64,000 bases of DNA from Bdellovibrionales bacterium. GTDB lineage: Bacteria; Bdellovibrionota; UBA1018; JADZFF01. Location of the stretch: NCBI GenBank assembly GCA_020850015.1, contig JADZFF010000012.1, positions 8,994 through 72,993 on the forward strand, read 5' to 3'. The notes under the pieces were generated by a model that was not told the origin of the DNA, did no database searches, and worked only from the letters and a program-made list of their open reading frames with translations. The translations under genes and the position numbers were made by a program. Shown one piece after another: positions 48,890 through 57,982 of this stretch (within the stretch, counting starts at the first letter, position 1; each line of letters begins with the position of its first letter).

Positions 48890-49810
48890 TCAAGCCTTCT
48901 GGATCAGCCCGCAGGATACGAGCGTTTCTGCCATGAAATCCTGGTTCTTCAGCACCATTTCGATGAGTGGTTCGCGCACGATCGGAGCGCAAAGGCCCAT
49001 TCGATGCAGAGCGTACTTTGCTGGGACGGGGTTCGACTCGACGAAGAGGCGTTTGAAGAGCGGGAAAAACTTCCGATGCACTTCGAGCGCGCCCTTGAAG
49101 TCGTTTGCGTCGGCCAGTTTTTGGATTTTCACCATTTCGACCGGGATCAGGTTGCTTGCGACGGAGATCAGCCCGTGGGCGCCCGTGGCGAGCGAAGCGA
49201 GAAAGAGGGGGTCGTCGCCCGAGAGGATCTTGAGATCGATCCCGTCGCGATCGGCTCGGTAAATCAGGTCGCTCACCGCGGTCACGTCCCCGCTCGCCTC
49301 CTTGATCGCGCGGAGATTGCGATGGTGGGCGAGATCGACGGTGGTTTCGGGCTCAAGACGCACGCCGGAGCGGCCCGGCACGTTGTACATCACCACCGGG
49401 CAGTCGACAGCGTCGGCCACCTTCGAGAAGTGCGTGCGAAGCCCGTTTTGGCTGGGCTTGTTGTAGTAGGGCACGACCACGAGGAGCGCGTCGGATCCCG
49501 CGTCGCGAGCCCAGCGCGAAAAGCCTACGGTCCCGGCCGTGTCGTTGCCGCCGGTACCGGCCATCACCCGGACGTCGGAGCCACGAAGTCGCCGGAGCGT
49601 GAATTCGATCACGCCTTTGCGTTCCTCCAAGGAGAGAGTGGGGGTTTCACCGGTAGTGCCGCAAGGCACCACGCCCGCGACCCCCGCCTCGACCTGGCGG
49701 TCGAGCAATCGGGCGAGAGCGTCGTAGTCGATCGCGAGCCGATCATCGAAAGGGGTGACGAGGGCCGTCCAGACCCCGCGCAGCCAGCCTGAACGCGTGG
49801 AATCCACCAT
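48890..49810 (-). CDS. dapA: 4-hydroxy-tetrahydrodipicolinate synthase
   Basis: DapA blocks TALVTPF, GTTGE and YNVPGRSG. Confidence 0.9.
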   Translation of the reverse strand: MVDSTRSGWLRGVWTALVTPFDDRLAIDYDALARLLDRQVEAGVAGVVPCGTTGETPTLSLEERKGVIEFTLRRLRGSDVRVMAGTGGNDTAGTVGFSRWARDAGSDALLVVVPYYNKPSQNGLRTHFSKVADAVDCPVVMYNVPGRSGVRLEPETTVDLAHHRNLRAIKEASGDVTAVSDLIYRADRDGIDLKILSGDDPLFLASLATGAHGLISVASNLIPVEMVKIQKLADANDFKGALEVHRKFFPLFKRLFVESNPVPAKYALHRMGLCAPIVREPLIEMVLKNQDFMAETLVSCGLIQKA

Positions 49811-49845
49811 GACTCAGAGGTGTAGCACGGGGCTCGGGAAGATGG

Positions 49846-51117
49846 CTAGAGCCGCTCTGCGGCAAGGAGGTCATTCACGGTCTCGCGGCGACGAATCACT
49901 CGAGAGCTCGAGCCGTCTACGAGCACCTCGGGGGGGCGGGGCCTCGTATTGTAGTTACTCGACATGCTGAAACCGTAGGCCCCTGCGTTCAGAACCGCGA
50001 GTAAGGCCCCTTCAGGAAGCTCGGCCGCGAGCCGGCGCCCCTTCGCCAGGAAATCCGAAGACTCGCAAACCGGTCCCACCACGTCCGTAAGCACCGCCTT
50101 GGCCCCATTTCGGCCCAGGGGTTCCACGGAAACGACCTCGTGGTAACCATCGTAGAGCGCAGGGCGGACCAGATCGTTCATCCCAGCGTCGCATATGAGG
50201 AAACGCCTCTTTCCCTGCTTTTTGCGATAGACCACGCGGGTCACAAGAACGCCGGCCGCGCCTGAAATCAGCCGCCCCGGCTCGACCAGCACCCGTAGCG
50301 GGCGCGGGAGCCCGCTTCGCGGCCCGAAGTGCCTCAATACAAGCGCGCAGTAAGCTGCAATCGAAGGTGGTTTCTCTTTCCGATAACGGATTCCCAGGCC
50401 GCCCCCGAGGTCCACGTGATCGAGCTTCCGCCCCGAACGCTCCTCCACTTCGGGAATCACGGCTCTCAAGGAACGAAAGGCCTGGGACAATGGCGCCAGG
50501 GATGTGAGCTGGCTCCCGATGTGGATGCTGAGCCCGTTCAGGCGTAGGTGGGGAAGCTTCGCGCACTCGGCCGCGGCCTCGAGAAGGGCACGCCGGTCCA
50601 GACCGAACTTGTTGTCGTGCAGTCCGGTGGCGATATACGGGTGCGTCTTCGGATCCACGTCGGGATTGAAGCGGAGGGACACGCGGGCGATCCGTCCCTG
50701 CGCGCCCGCCTCCTCGCCCAGGGCACGCAGCTCCTCGATCGATTCCACATTGAACGCGAGTATTCCGTCCTTGCCGGTGAGCAGGGCCTCCCGCATCTCC
50801 CCGCGGGATTTGCCTACCCCCGAGAAAACGATTCTCTCCGCGGGGGTGCCCGCCTCAACGGCGCGCGCGAGCTCGCCCCCCGAAACCAGATCCATCCCCG
50901 CTCCCTGCGCAGCGAGCACCCGAAGGATCGAGAGGTTGGAGCAGGATTTCACCGCGAAACAGATCAATGGATCGCCCAGGGGCGCCAGACCCCGAGTCAG
51001 CTCCAGGAACGGAGCCAACAGGGCCTTCTTGGAGTAGGCGTAAAACGGCGTTCCGAGCTCTTCGGCGAGGATGGCGAGGGAGACGCCCTCGAGGCGGGGA
51101 AGCGAGGGAAGGCTCAC
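49846..51117 (-). CDS. lysA: diaminopimelate decarboxylase
   Basis: PLP-fold blocks FAVKSCSN, HIGSQ and EPGR..GAAGVL. GTG start overlaps the upstream stop (GTGA). Confidence 0.9.
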   Translation of the reverse strand: MSLPSLPRLEGVSLAILAEELGTPFYAYSKKALLAPFLELTRGLAPLGDPLICFAVKSCSNLSILRVLAAQGAGMDLVSGGELARAVEAGTPAERIVFSGVGKSRGEMREALLTGKDGILAFNVESIEELRALGEEAGAQGRIARVSLRFNPDVDPKTHPYIATGLHDNKFGLDRRALLEAAAECAKLPHLRLNGLSIHIGSQLTSLAPLSQAFRSLRAVIPEVEERSGRKLDHVDLGGGLGIRYRKEKPPSIAAYCALVLRHFGPRSGLPRPLRVLVEPGRLISGAAGVLVTRVVYRKKQGKRRFLICDAGMNDLVRPALYDGYHEVVSVEPLGRNGAKAVLTDVVGPVCESSDFLAKGRRLAAELPEGALLAVLNAGAYGFSMSSNYNTRPRPPEVLVDGSSSRVIRRRETVNDLLAAERL

Positions 51118-51293
51118 GATCCAGCCTTCTTCTTCGCCGCTTCCTCATCGCTGTCGGTGGTGCCTGCGGGGGAGCTTTCCTGGGGGTGCTCCTTGGGGGG
51201 AAGGGGGTCGCCCTTCACGCCGCACGCCGCGATCAGGGGGAGCAGAATTGAAGGGAGGAAAAGCCGAATCCAGACATTCCTGAGCCCACGCAT
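51114..51293 (-). CDS. small lipoprotein (LppL/LptM-like mini-lipoprotein preceding lysA)
   Basis: Hand-translated 59-aa ORF MRGLRNVWIRLFLPSILLPLIAACGVKGDPLPPKEHP... with lipobox LIAAC; its stop overlaps the lysA GTG start (GTGA). Below the 60-aa ORF-track cutoff. Confidence 0.5.
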   Translation of the reverse strand: MRGLRNVWIRLFLPSILLPLIAACGVKGDPLPPKEHPQESSPAGTTDSDEEAAKKKAGS

Positions 51294-51296
51294 GGC

Positions 51297-52394
51297 TCAG
51301 AAGCGTAGCACAAGGCCCCCGCCGATCATATCGATGCCGAGGTCCCCCCGAAGGTGCCATTTGGGTCCGATGCGGAACATCATTCCGCCTCCGCCCGCTG
51401 GCAGCGTGGAGGACAGCAGGGCCACCTGCTGTTCGGTGCCTCCCGCCACGGAGGCGACGATGTTGTTGTTGATTCCGAAGTAGAAGAATACCGCGAAATC
51501 CGCGCTCATCAGGATCTGATAGCGCCCGGTGATCGTGACCGGAAGCACCGTGAATGCCTCGTTGTTCTCTCCAAGAATCTTGTAGAAGAAGACGCCGCCC
51601 TCGAGCACCAGTGCATCCTGGGCCGATTTCGACGCGAGGAAGAGCATCTTCCCGAGCGTGAGGCCGTAGCGCATGCCTCCGCCGGCGAATGCATCCGTCC
51701 CGCCGATGGCAGCCGAGTTCTTGAACGTACCGAACTGGGCGGTGAGCCACTGATTGTCCGGATCGAGCGGAAGGACCTCGTCGGCGGCTATGTTCTCCAG
51801 ATCCGAGTCGTCCTGCTCGGGCTCGTCCCCTTCGCCGTCGTCGTCCACAGCGCCGGCCGGAGGGGGCGAGGTCCCGGCGTCCAGGTCGTCGTCGTATCCC
51901 TGCACCGCGGGAAGCCCTTCCAGCGCCTGGGGCGCCTCCAGCTCTTTCAGGTCGGCATCGTCCTGGCGGAGCTCGGCCTCGGTCGGAGGAGGGCCGCCGA
52001 TGTCGCGCAGCTTCTCAAGGCCCAGGTAAGCCTCGCCCAAAGGCAGCGAGGCGCGGCTCTCGTATTCGCGCACCTTGCGGGCGGCGAATTCCCCCTTGTC
52101 TGGGTAGGTTTTCAGAACGCGGAAGGCCATCATGTTCTGGGCCTCGCGCTTGAGAAGGACCATCTTTCCCACGCGGGGCATGTACTCCTTCGCGTCGAGG
52201 ACGTAGACGCGCAGAGATTGGCTTCTGCGTCGAGCGAAGGTGGCGAAGGGTTTCGCTTCGATAGTGGGCAACTCGTCGTCCACCGGGCCGGCGCCGCAGA
52301 GAAACAGGGCGAACAGGGGTACGAGAAGCGCCCGGCCTCCCGCGAACCTTTTGACTGCCCGGATCCGCTGCGATTGAATCATGATATGCCGCAT
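51297..52394 (-). CDS. hypothetical outer-membrane beta-barrel-like protein with an acidic linker
   Basis: Signal peptide, D/E-rich linker, and a C-terminal Gly/aromatic-rich region ending in Phe (...GGGLVLRF), typical of OMP C-termini. Its stop lies 3 nt upstream of the mini-lipoprotein start. Confidence 0.5.
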   Translation of the reverse strand: MRHIMIQSQRIRAVKRFAGGRALLVPLFALFLCGAGPVDDELPTIEAKPFATFARRRSQSLRVYVLDAKEYMPRVGKMVLLKREAQNMMAFRVLKTYPDKGEFAARKVREYESRASLPLGEAYLGLEKLRDIGGPPPTEAELRQDDADLKELEAPQALEGLPAVQGYDDDLDAGTSPPPAGAVDDDGEGDEPEQDDSDLENIAADEVLPLDPDNQWLTAQFGTFKNSAAIGGTDAFAGGGMRYGLTLGKMLFLASKSAQDALVLEGGVFFYKILGENNEAFTVLPVTITGRYQILMSADFAVFFYFGINNNIVASVAGGTEQQVALLSSTLPAGGGGMMFRIGPKWHLRGDLGIDMIGGGLVLRF

Positions 52395-53591
52395 ACAGTG
52401 TATCCACCCACTCTAGAACTGTCGAGGCAGGCGGGGCTTCGCGCGATTGCGCTGACGCTGTTGATTCCCGCGCTGTCCGCATGGGCGGGGCCGGGCAGCC
52501 TCGACTCCTCGGGCGAGCTGCCGAGCGGGATCTGGCGGGAACGTGAAGCCACCGAGGAGGAGCCGACGGAGCCGGAAACCCTTTCGGAGGCGGAGGAAGA
52601 GGGGGAGGTGCCGGAGGCGGAGGAAGAGCGGCAGTGGCCCACACCCTTGCCGCAAAGGGCGTCGGTGGGAAAACTCGAGGAAGCGAAGGCGCTGCTGCGG
52701 GAGAGGAAATGGGCGGATGCCGCCGTGGCGCTCAAGGGCCTGCTCCAGGAGCGGCCGGGTTCCGTGCGCGTGGCGCTGGATCTCTCCCGGGCGCTTATCC
52801 AGCTCGGACAACGGGAGGAAGCGATGCTGGCCCTCGCGCCCCTGGCGCAGCAGTACAAGGGGTCGAATCGAAGGTTGCTCGCACGAAGGCTTTCGGTGCT
52901 TTCGCAGGCCTTTCGCACGAATGAAACCTACCAACTCTACCAGGAGGGCATGAATCTTCTGCTGCTCGGGAAGGCGGCCGACGCGAGCGCGCGTTTCGCG
53001 CGCGTGTTGAAAAAGGAGCCAGGCCACGTGCGGACGCTTCTCCGCGATGCCCAGGCCCTTCACGAGCGCGGGAATTTCGCCGGGGCGCTGGAGCGTCTCC
53101 AGGCGGCCCATCGTCTCAATCCTCTGGAGCCCGAAGTTCGTGTTTGGCTGGGGCGGCTGATGGTCCTGCAGGGGCAGGGAAACGACGGCTTGACGCTTCT
53201 CTCAGAGGCGGTGGCCTCACCCTCCGCGCCCTCCGAGCTTGGCGCCCGCTGGTACGCCGAGGCCCTACTGGCGAACCGGCGCCGGGACGAGGCGATGGAG
53301 GTTCTGAGCGCCGACGTACGCAAGCATCCTGATCACCTCGCGAATCTCGCTTTGCTTGCCGAGCTTCGCGCGGGCGGATCATCGGTGAGCCGCGCGTCGC
53401 TTTGGGAATCGCGCCGGGACCTACAGGTGGCGCTTTCCCGTTTTCCCGCTTACGGCAGGCCCAGGGCGACCGCGTCGGGTTCCGAACCCGAATGGCTTCC
53501 CTGGAGCGCGGAAAGGGTCCGCAAGGACATCGACGAACTGCTGGGCCGCATCGAAGGCAAGCTCAGCGGAACCCTCGGCGCCGGAGGTTAA
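52386..53591 (+). CDS. secreted TPR-repeat protein
   Basis: Signal peptide (AIALTLLIPALSAWA), an acidic stretch, then TPR-like repeats. The 5' part of the 745-aa track ORF is rejected because it overlaps the minus-strand OMP gene. Confidence 0.6.
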   Translation: MPHTVYPPTLELSRQAGLRAIALTLLIPALSAWAGPGSLDSSGELPSGIWREREATEEEPTEPETLSEAEEEGEVPEAEEERQWPTPLPQRASVGKLEEAKALLRERKWADAAVALKGLLQERPGSVRVALDLSRALIQLGQREEAMLALAPLAQQYKGSNRRLLARRLSVLSQAFRTNETYQLYQEGMNLLLLGKAADASARFARVLKKEPGHVRTLLRDAQALHERGNFAGALERLQAAHRLNPLEPEVRVWLGRLMVLQGQGNDGLTLLSEAVASPSAPSELGARWYAEALLANRRRDEAMEVLSADVRKHPDHLANLALLAELRAGGSSVSRASLWESRRDLQVALSRFPAYGRPRATASGSEPEWLPWSAERVRKDIDELLGRIEGKLSGTLGAGG

Positions 53592-54718
53592 CGTGAGGCG
53601 ATCGGTGTGGAGCGTCGGTCCGTGGGACCCGTGTAATGCGCGCGAGGCCGGTAGATGCGGTTGTTCGCGTATTGCTCGAAAATCTGCGCGGACCAGCCGG
53701 AAACCCGGCTCATCGCGAAGATAGGAGTGAAATCGCGCGAGCGGATTCCGAGGGCAGTGTAAACGAGCCCCGAGAAGAAATCGACGTTGGGCATGAGGCC
53801 CTTGCGCGATTCCATCGTCTCCTGGATCCGCACCAGCATACGATGCTGCTCCTCGAGGCCCGCCTTCTTGCAGGTTTCCAGGGAGAGTTCCTTTAGGATG
53901 CGCGCGCGCGGATCTCCGTTCTTGTAGACGCGGTGGCCGATGCCCATGACCTTCTTCTTGTTCACGATCGCGTCTTCAAGATAGGCGTCGACCTTGGTCA
54001 TTGAGCCGATCTCCTTGAGCATGATCATCACAGCCTCGTTTGCGCCACCGTGAAGCGGGCCCTTGAGCGAGCAGATCGCCCCGACGATCGACGAATAGTA
54101 ATCGCTCGTCGTGGACGACACGACCCGCGCCGTGAAGGTAGATGCATTGAGCTCGTGATCGGCGTGGAGGACGAGTGCGGTGTCGAAGAGCTTCTCTTCC
54201 TCGGCCGAAGGCGCCTTGTCGCGGACCATGTTCAGGAAGTTCCACGCGATGCTCTTGCCCGGCTGGGCGGCCACCGGTTTTGCCCCCTGCTCGAAGCGGG
54301 AAAGCGCCGCGACGATCGGCCCGAAGGCGCCGGTGAGTCGGAGGGCCTGCTTCCGCACGGCCACCGGCGAGAGGTCTTCCGCGCTGGAGTCCAAAAGCGA
54401 GTAGTGTGAGATCGCGGTGCGAAGCTTAGCCATCGGATGGGCGTTGGTCGACGCGATCTTCTCGAGAGCCGGGAGCAGCTCGTTCGGAAGAGTGAGGCTC
54501 TGGCGAAGTTCGCGTGAAAAGACGTCGAGCTCGCTCCGCGTCGGTAGCTTCCCGTTCCAGAGCAGGTGGACGATCTCCTCGAAGCCGCAATGCTCCGATA
54601 GATCCTCGATCGTGTATCCGCGATACAGAAGCGTCACGTCAAAGATCGTGCTGATCTCGCTCGTACAGGCGACGATGTTTTCCAAACCCTTGTTGGCCGA
54701 CTCCGGAATCTGCGACAT
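53588..54718 (-). CDS. gltA: citrate synthase
   Basis: Citrate synthase catalytic blocks (LVLHADHELNASTF, GPLHGGANE, MGIGHRVYK). Start taken at the internal ATG 54718. Confidence 0.9.
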   Translation of the reverse strand: MSQIPESANKGLENIVACTSEISTIFDVTLLYRGYTIEDLSEHCGFEEIVHLLWNGKLPTRSELDVFSRELRQSLTLPNELLPALEKIASTNAHPMAKLRTAISHYSLLDSSAEDLSPVAVRKQALRLTGAFGPIVAALSRFEQGAKPVAAQPGKSIAWNFLNMVRDKAPSAEEEKLFDTALVLHADHELNASTFTARVVSSTTSDYYSSIVGAICSLKGPLHGGANEAVMIMLKEIGSMTKVDAYLEDAIVNKKKVMGIGHRVYKNGDPRARILKELSLETCKKAGLEEQHRMLVRIQETMESRKGLMPNVDFFSGLVYTALGIRSRDFTPIFAMSRVSGWSAQIFEQYANNRIYRPRAHYTGPTDRRSTPIASR

Positions 54719-54877
54719 ATCAACAACATCTAGATCATCTGCGTGACGAAATGAAACCCTTTTCGTCGGATCGGTCAGGCTCCTCGGCTGCGGCGCGAAA
54801 CAAAACACACGGGATTCCAACTTGACGAGGTTGCGCGGAACACCCTATGACTTTTCTCTTCTCTGGGGGGAGGCCAA

Positions 54878-55519
54878 GTGGCTGCCGGAAACATCTTCGT
54901 CGCGATCGCGGGCAACATCGGCACGGGCAAGACCACGTTGACCGAGCTTTTGTCCAAGCGCTTTGGTTGGAAACCCCATTTCGAAGCCGTAGCCGACAAT
55001 CCGTATCTGGCGGATTTCTACAAGGACATGAGCCGCTGGTCCTTTCCGCTGCAGATTTTCTTTCTCAACAACCGGTATCGCGCTCACCAGGCCATTTCCA
55101 AGGGGAGCGACAGCGCGATCCAGGACCGAAGCATCTACGAGGACGCCAACATCTTCGCCCGAAATCTCTATGAGCAGGGGAAGATGGAGGAACGCGATTA
55201 CCAGAATTATCTGAAGCTCTACGAGGTCATGTGCGAGTTCCTGACGCCCCCCGACCTCGTGATCTATCTGCGCAAGTCCCTGCCCCGACTGAAGGACAAT
55301 ATCCGGAAGCGCGCGCGCGACTACGAGCGGAACATCCCGGACGACTACCTGGCGAACCTCAACCGCTATTATGACGAGTGGATGGAGCGCTATACGCAGG
55401 GCAAGAAGCTCATCATCGACAGCGACGATCTGGACTTCCTCCACAACCGCGATCACTTCGAAGGGCTGTTGACGCAGGTAGCCAACACCGTCGACCAGAA
55501 AGACCTCTTCCTTCGCTAG
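54878..55519 (+). CDS. deoxynucleoside kinase (dGK/dAK family)
   Basis: P-loop IAGNIGTGKTT and the dNK blocks DRSIYED and FARNLYEQG. Confidence 0.8.
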   Translation: MAAGNIFVAIAGNIGTGKTTLTELLSKRFGWKPHFEAVADNPYLADFYKDMSRWSFPLQIFFLNNRYRAHQAISKGSDSAIQDRSIYEDANIFARNLYEQGKMEERDYQNYLKLYEVMCEFLTPPDLVIYLRKSLPRLKDNIRKRARDYERNIPDDYLANLNRYYDEWMERYTQGKKLIIDSDDLDFLHNRDHFEGLLTQVANTVDQKDLFLR

Positions 55520-55629
55520 GCGGCGGCCTGCCCGGTAGCGATTTCCCATTAAAGTTCCTCGATTCAGGGCCCGAAACGAACCCTAGAGGGTCCCGGCGTG
55601 TATTCGTGGACCCAATGAGGTGGGGATGT

Positions 55630-56403
55630 ATGAAGAAGCCCTGGGAATTATTGATGGTTATGGGTCTTGTGGCCGTTCTGAGCGGTTGCTCCGGCTCCAA
55701 GAAAGAAGGAGAAGAAGGGCTCGATGAAGCCGTGGAGGATGAAATCTCCGCGATGGATGAGTCCGGGACGGACCCAGTGCCGGAAGAGGCCGTTGAAAAT
55801 CCCGATGGCGAGGTTGCTGAAGAGGCCCCTGTTACCGACCCCACGCTCAGCGAGCCGGCAGGCGGCACTGAAATGAGCGGTGCGGTGGCGGGTAGCGGGC
55901 AGTTCGACTCCTACGGAGTGAAGCAGGGCGACACCCTGATGAAGATCGCATTCGAGTATTACGGGGATCTCTATCGCTGGAAGGAGATCTACGAAGCCAA
56001 CCGCGACAAGATCTCGGACCCGAACATGATCCCTGCTGGCACGACGCTCAAAGTGGAGCGTCCGGCCACGCCCGTCATGGTGGAGCGCAACGGAACTCCG
56101 TTCATGATCCGCCCCGGCGATACGCTCGGCACGATTTCCGCGGATGTTTACGGAACGCCAAACAAATGGCGCAAGATCTACGAAAACAACCGCCAGCTAG
56201 TGAAGGATCCGAACAAGATCTACGCTGGCTTCTATGTCTATTACGTATCCACGCCCGAGGACGAGCAGCAGAGGTCCATGAGCCAGCCCCTCGGCGCCGC
56301 GCCAGCGAACACGGGGGGCCGCGCCCCCGCCTCCGCCGTTCCAACCATGCCAGGCATGGGTGACGGCGGAATGGGCGCTCCCCCCGCAGAAACGGGCAAC
56401 TGA
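55630..56403 (+). CDS. lipoprotein with two LysM domains
   Basis: Lipobox LSGCSG and two LysM repeats (YGVKQGDTLMKIAFEYYGDLYRWKEIYEAN...IPAGTTLKV, then IRPGDTLGTISADVYG...WRKIYENN). Confidence 0.75.
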   Translation: MKKPWELLMVMGLVAVLSGCSGSKKEGEEGLDEAVEDEISAMDESGTDPVPEEAVENPDGEVAEEAPVTDPTLSEPAGGTEMSGAVAGSGQFDSYGVKQGDTLMKIAFEYYGDLYRWKEIYEANRDKISDPNMIPAGTTLKVERPATPVMVERNGTPFMIRPGDTLGTISADVYGTPNKWRKIYENNRQLVKDPNKIYAGFYVYYVSTPEDEQQRSMSQPLGAAPANTGGRAPASAVPTMPGMGDGGMGAPPAETGN

Positions 56404-56495
56404 GCGCCGCTTCCTCCAGAAATGGTTTGATTTCCGATTTCCCCGGAAACGGGGATGGGAATGCGCCCGAACGGCTTCGCAAACGGTCGGGCGAG

Positions 56496-56525
56496 AGAGG
56501 GACCGGCGCACGCGCCGGTCCCTCT
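56496..56525. terminator. perfect 14-bp inverted repeat hairpin between convergent genes (candidate bidirectional terminator)
   Basis: AGAGGGACCGGCGC-AC-GCGCCGGTCCCTCT, between the LysM gene stop (56403) and the convergent gene stop (56541). Confidence 0.5.
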
Positions 56526-56540
56526 TCGTGCGTCAGGAGC

Positions 56541-57119
56541 TCAAGGGACCTTGTGGAAGCGGACGAGCTCGATCGTCATTTTCACGAAGCTCGTGGGCAC
56601 GATCTGCTTCAGCGCGCCGTCCATCACGGTCAGGTCCGGGTTGGCCCAGACCTCGATGTTCTTGGCCTGGGAGGTGTTGGCCACGATGTGTATCGAATCG
56701 AAAGTCCCGGCCGGCACGGTGACCTGCTCGAAGTTCGTCGAGATGATCTCGATGCTTTCCTCGGGGATAGGCTGCTCCTGCCCGTTCTGAACGAGCTTGA
56801 GAATCTGCCCATCTGACCTACGCATGAGCATCTCCACCACCTGGTTCTGGCTCATGATGGCGATCTCCTGGCGTACCCAGATCGCGCCATCCTCCTCGGA
56901 CTTAACGAACTTTTTCATGGTCCCGCTGCCGAGGGGGCCCATTTTCACCGTGTAGTCCGCTGAATCGCCGACTTTCCAGTTGATGAGGTCGCGGGACTCG
57001 CCGCGAAGAAGCTCGGCGAAAACCGAGAGATCGACGTCCTGCGAAGCCGAAGCGCCCAGAGACGGCAGCACGGCGATGGCCAAAGCGAGCGCGAGCGAGC
57101 GCAAAGAGATCCTTTTCAT
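56541..57119 (-). CDS. hypothetical periplasmic protein
   Basis: Signal peptide at the internal Met (MKRISLRSLALALAIAVLPSLGASA). No recognisable domain. Confidence 0.45.
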   Translation of the reverse strand: MKRISLRSLALALAIAVLPSLGASASQDVDLSVFAELLRGESRDLINWKVGDSADYTVKMGPLGSGTMKKFVKSEEDGAIWVRQEIAIMSQNQVVEMLMRRSDGQILKLVQNGQEQPIPEESIEIISTNFEQVTVPAGTFDSIHIVANTSQAKNIEVWANPDLTVMDGALKQIVPTSFVKMTIELVRFHKVP

Positions 57120-57137
57120 AAAACCCTCCTTGGGTGG

Positions 57138-57953
57138 ATGATGGAACAGCCGATAGAGTATCCAAGCGGACTCACGATGCAAACCCAAGATGCGCATAGC
57201 GTTAGTCGAATTCCCGCCTGGGCGCTATTCCTGACGGGTCTCGTGTTGAATTCGAGCTGCGCATCCCAGCCCGTTTCGCGCGAGCCTACCCGCGCCGAGC
57301 TCGCCCAACTGGACATCCGACTCGGCACCGAGCTTTCGGAGGGTCTCGAGGCGATGCTTCCCCTCGAGAAGCGGCCGGAGATCACGGTGTTTCTGCGCGA
57401 AATCGGCGTGAGGCTCACGGAGAAGTCCGAGGAACTGAGGAGTTCGCCGCTGGGTGTCCAACTCTTCAAGCGCGCGCATGACGCGGGAGTCGCCGACGTT
57501 CCGATACTCTCGATCCCTGGAGTACGCATTTACCTCTCCACGGAATACCTGAAAACGGTGGAGACCGAGAGCGAGCTCGCCGGAGCGCTCGCAGTGGAGC
57601 TCGCGCGCGTCTCGTTGCGCCAGGTTCCCAAGCGCCTTCAGGCCATCAGCGCGACGTCGCCGGACAGCCCCGCAGTCGTCGATATCCGCGTATTCCGCCC
57701 GGTGGAGGCCGAGCTCGTGGAGGCCGTGCCCCGGGCCGTCGAGTTGCTCTACCGCACGGGTTACGATCCGAGGGGACTCGTGGAATACTGGAAGAGATGG
57801 CGGACCGAGGAAATCACGGCGATTCCCGAAGGAGGGGCAAACCGCCTCATTCGGGAGACCTACCGGGCCATCGCCCGTTACACGCCGCTTCGAAACCCGG
57901 TGGTGCGCTCGCAGGAGTTCCTGCGGCTGAAGCAGCGGATCGCGGGGATCTGA
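57138..57953 (+). CDS. M48-like peptidase homologue lacking the HExxH histidines (predicted pseudo-peptidase)
   Basis: Signal peptide. The M48-type C-terminal block LLYRTGYDPRGLVEYWKRW is retained, but the zinc motif position reads LAVELARVSL instead of HExxH. Confidence 0.45.
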   Translation: MMEQPIEYPSGLTMQTQDAHSVSRIPAWALFLTGLVLNSSCASQPVSREPTRAELAQLDIRLGTELSEGLEAMLPLEKRPEITVFLREIGVRLTEKSEELRSSPLGVQLFKRAHDAGVADVPILSIPGVRIYLSTEYLKTVETESELAGALAVELARVSLRQVPKRLQAISATSPDSPAVVDIRVFRPVEAELVEAVPRAVELLYRTGYDPRGLVEYWKRWRTEEITAIPEGGANRLIRETYRAIARYTPLRNPVVRSQEFLRLKQRIAGI

Positions 57954-57982
57954 AATCGGTTCGTACGGAGGTAAGGGCGATC

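Noticed and set aside
51354-52385. N-terminal 340 aa of the 745-aa plus-strand track ORF
   Set aside because: It overlaps the minus-strand OMP gene, which has a signal peptide and C-terminal Phe. The TPR protein has its own signal peptide from ATG 52386, so the upstream part is an ORF-finder extension.
57797-57982. Long 5' extension of the amgK-like ORF in the track
   Set aside because: It overlaps the preceding M48-like gene in another frame. The kinase homology begins after the upstream stop.
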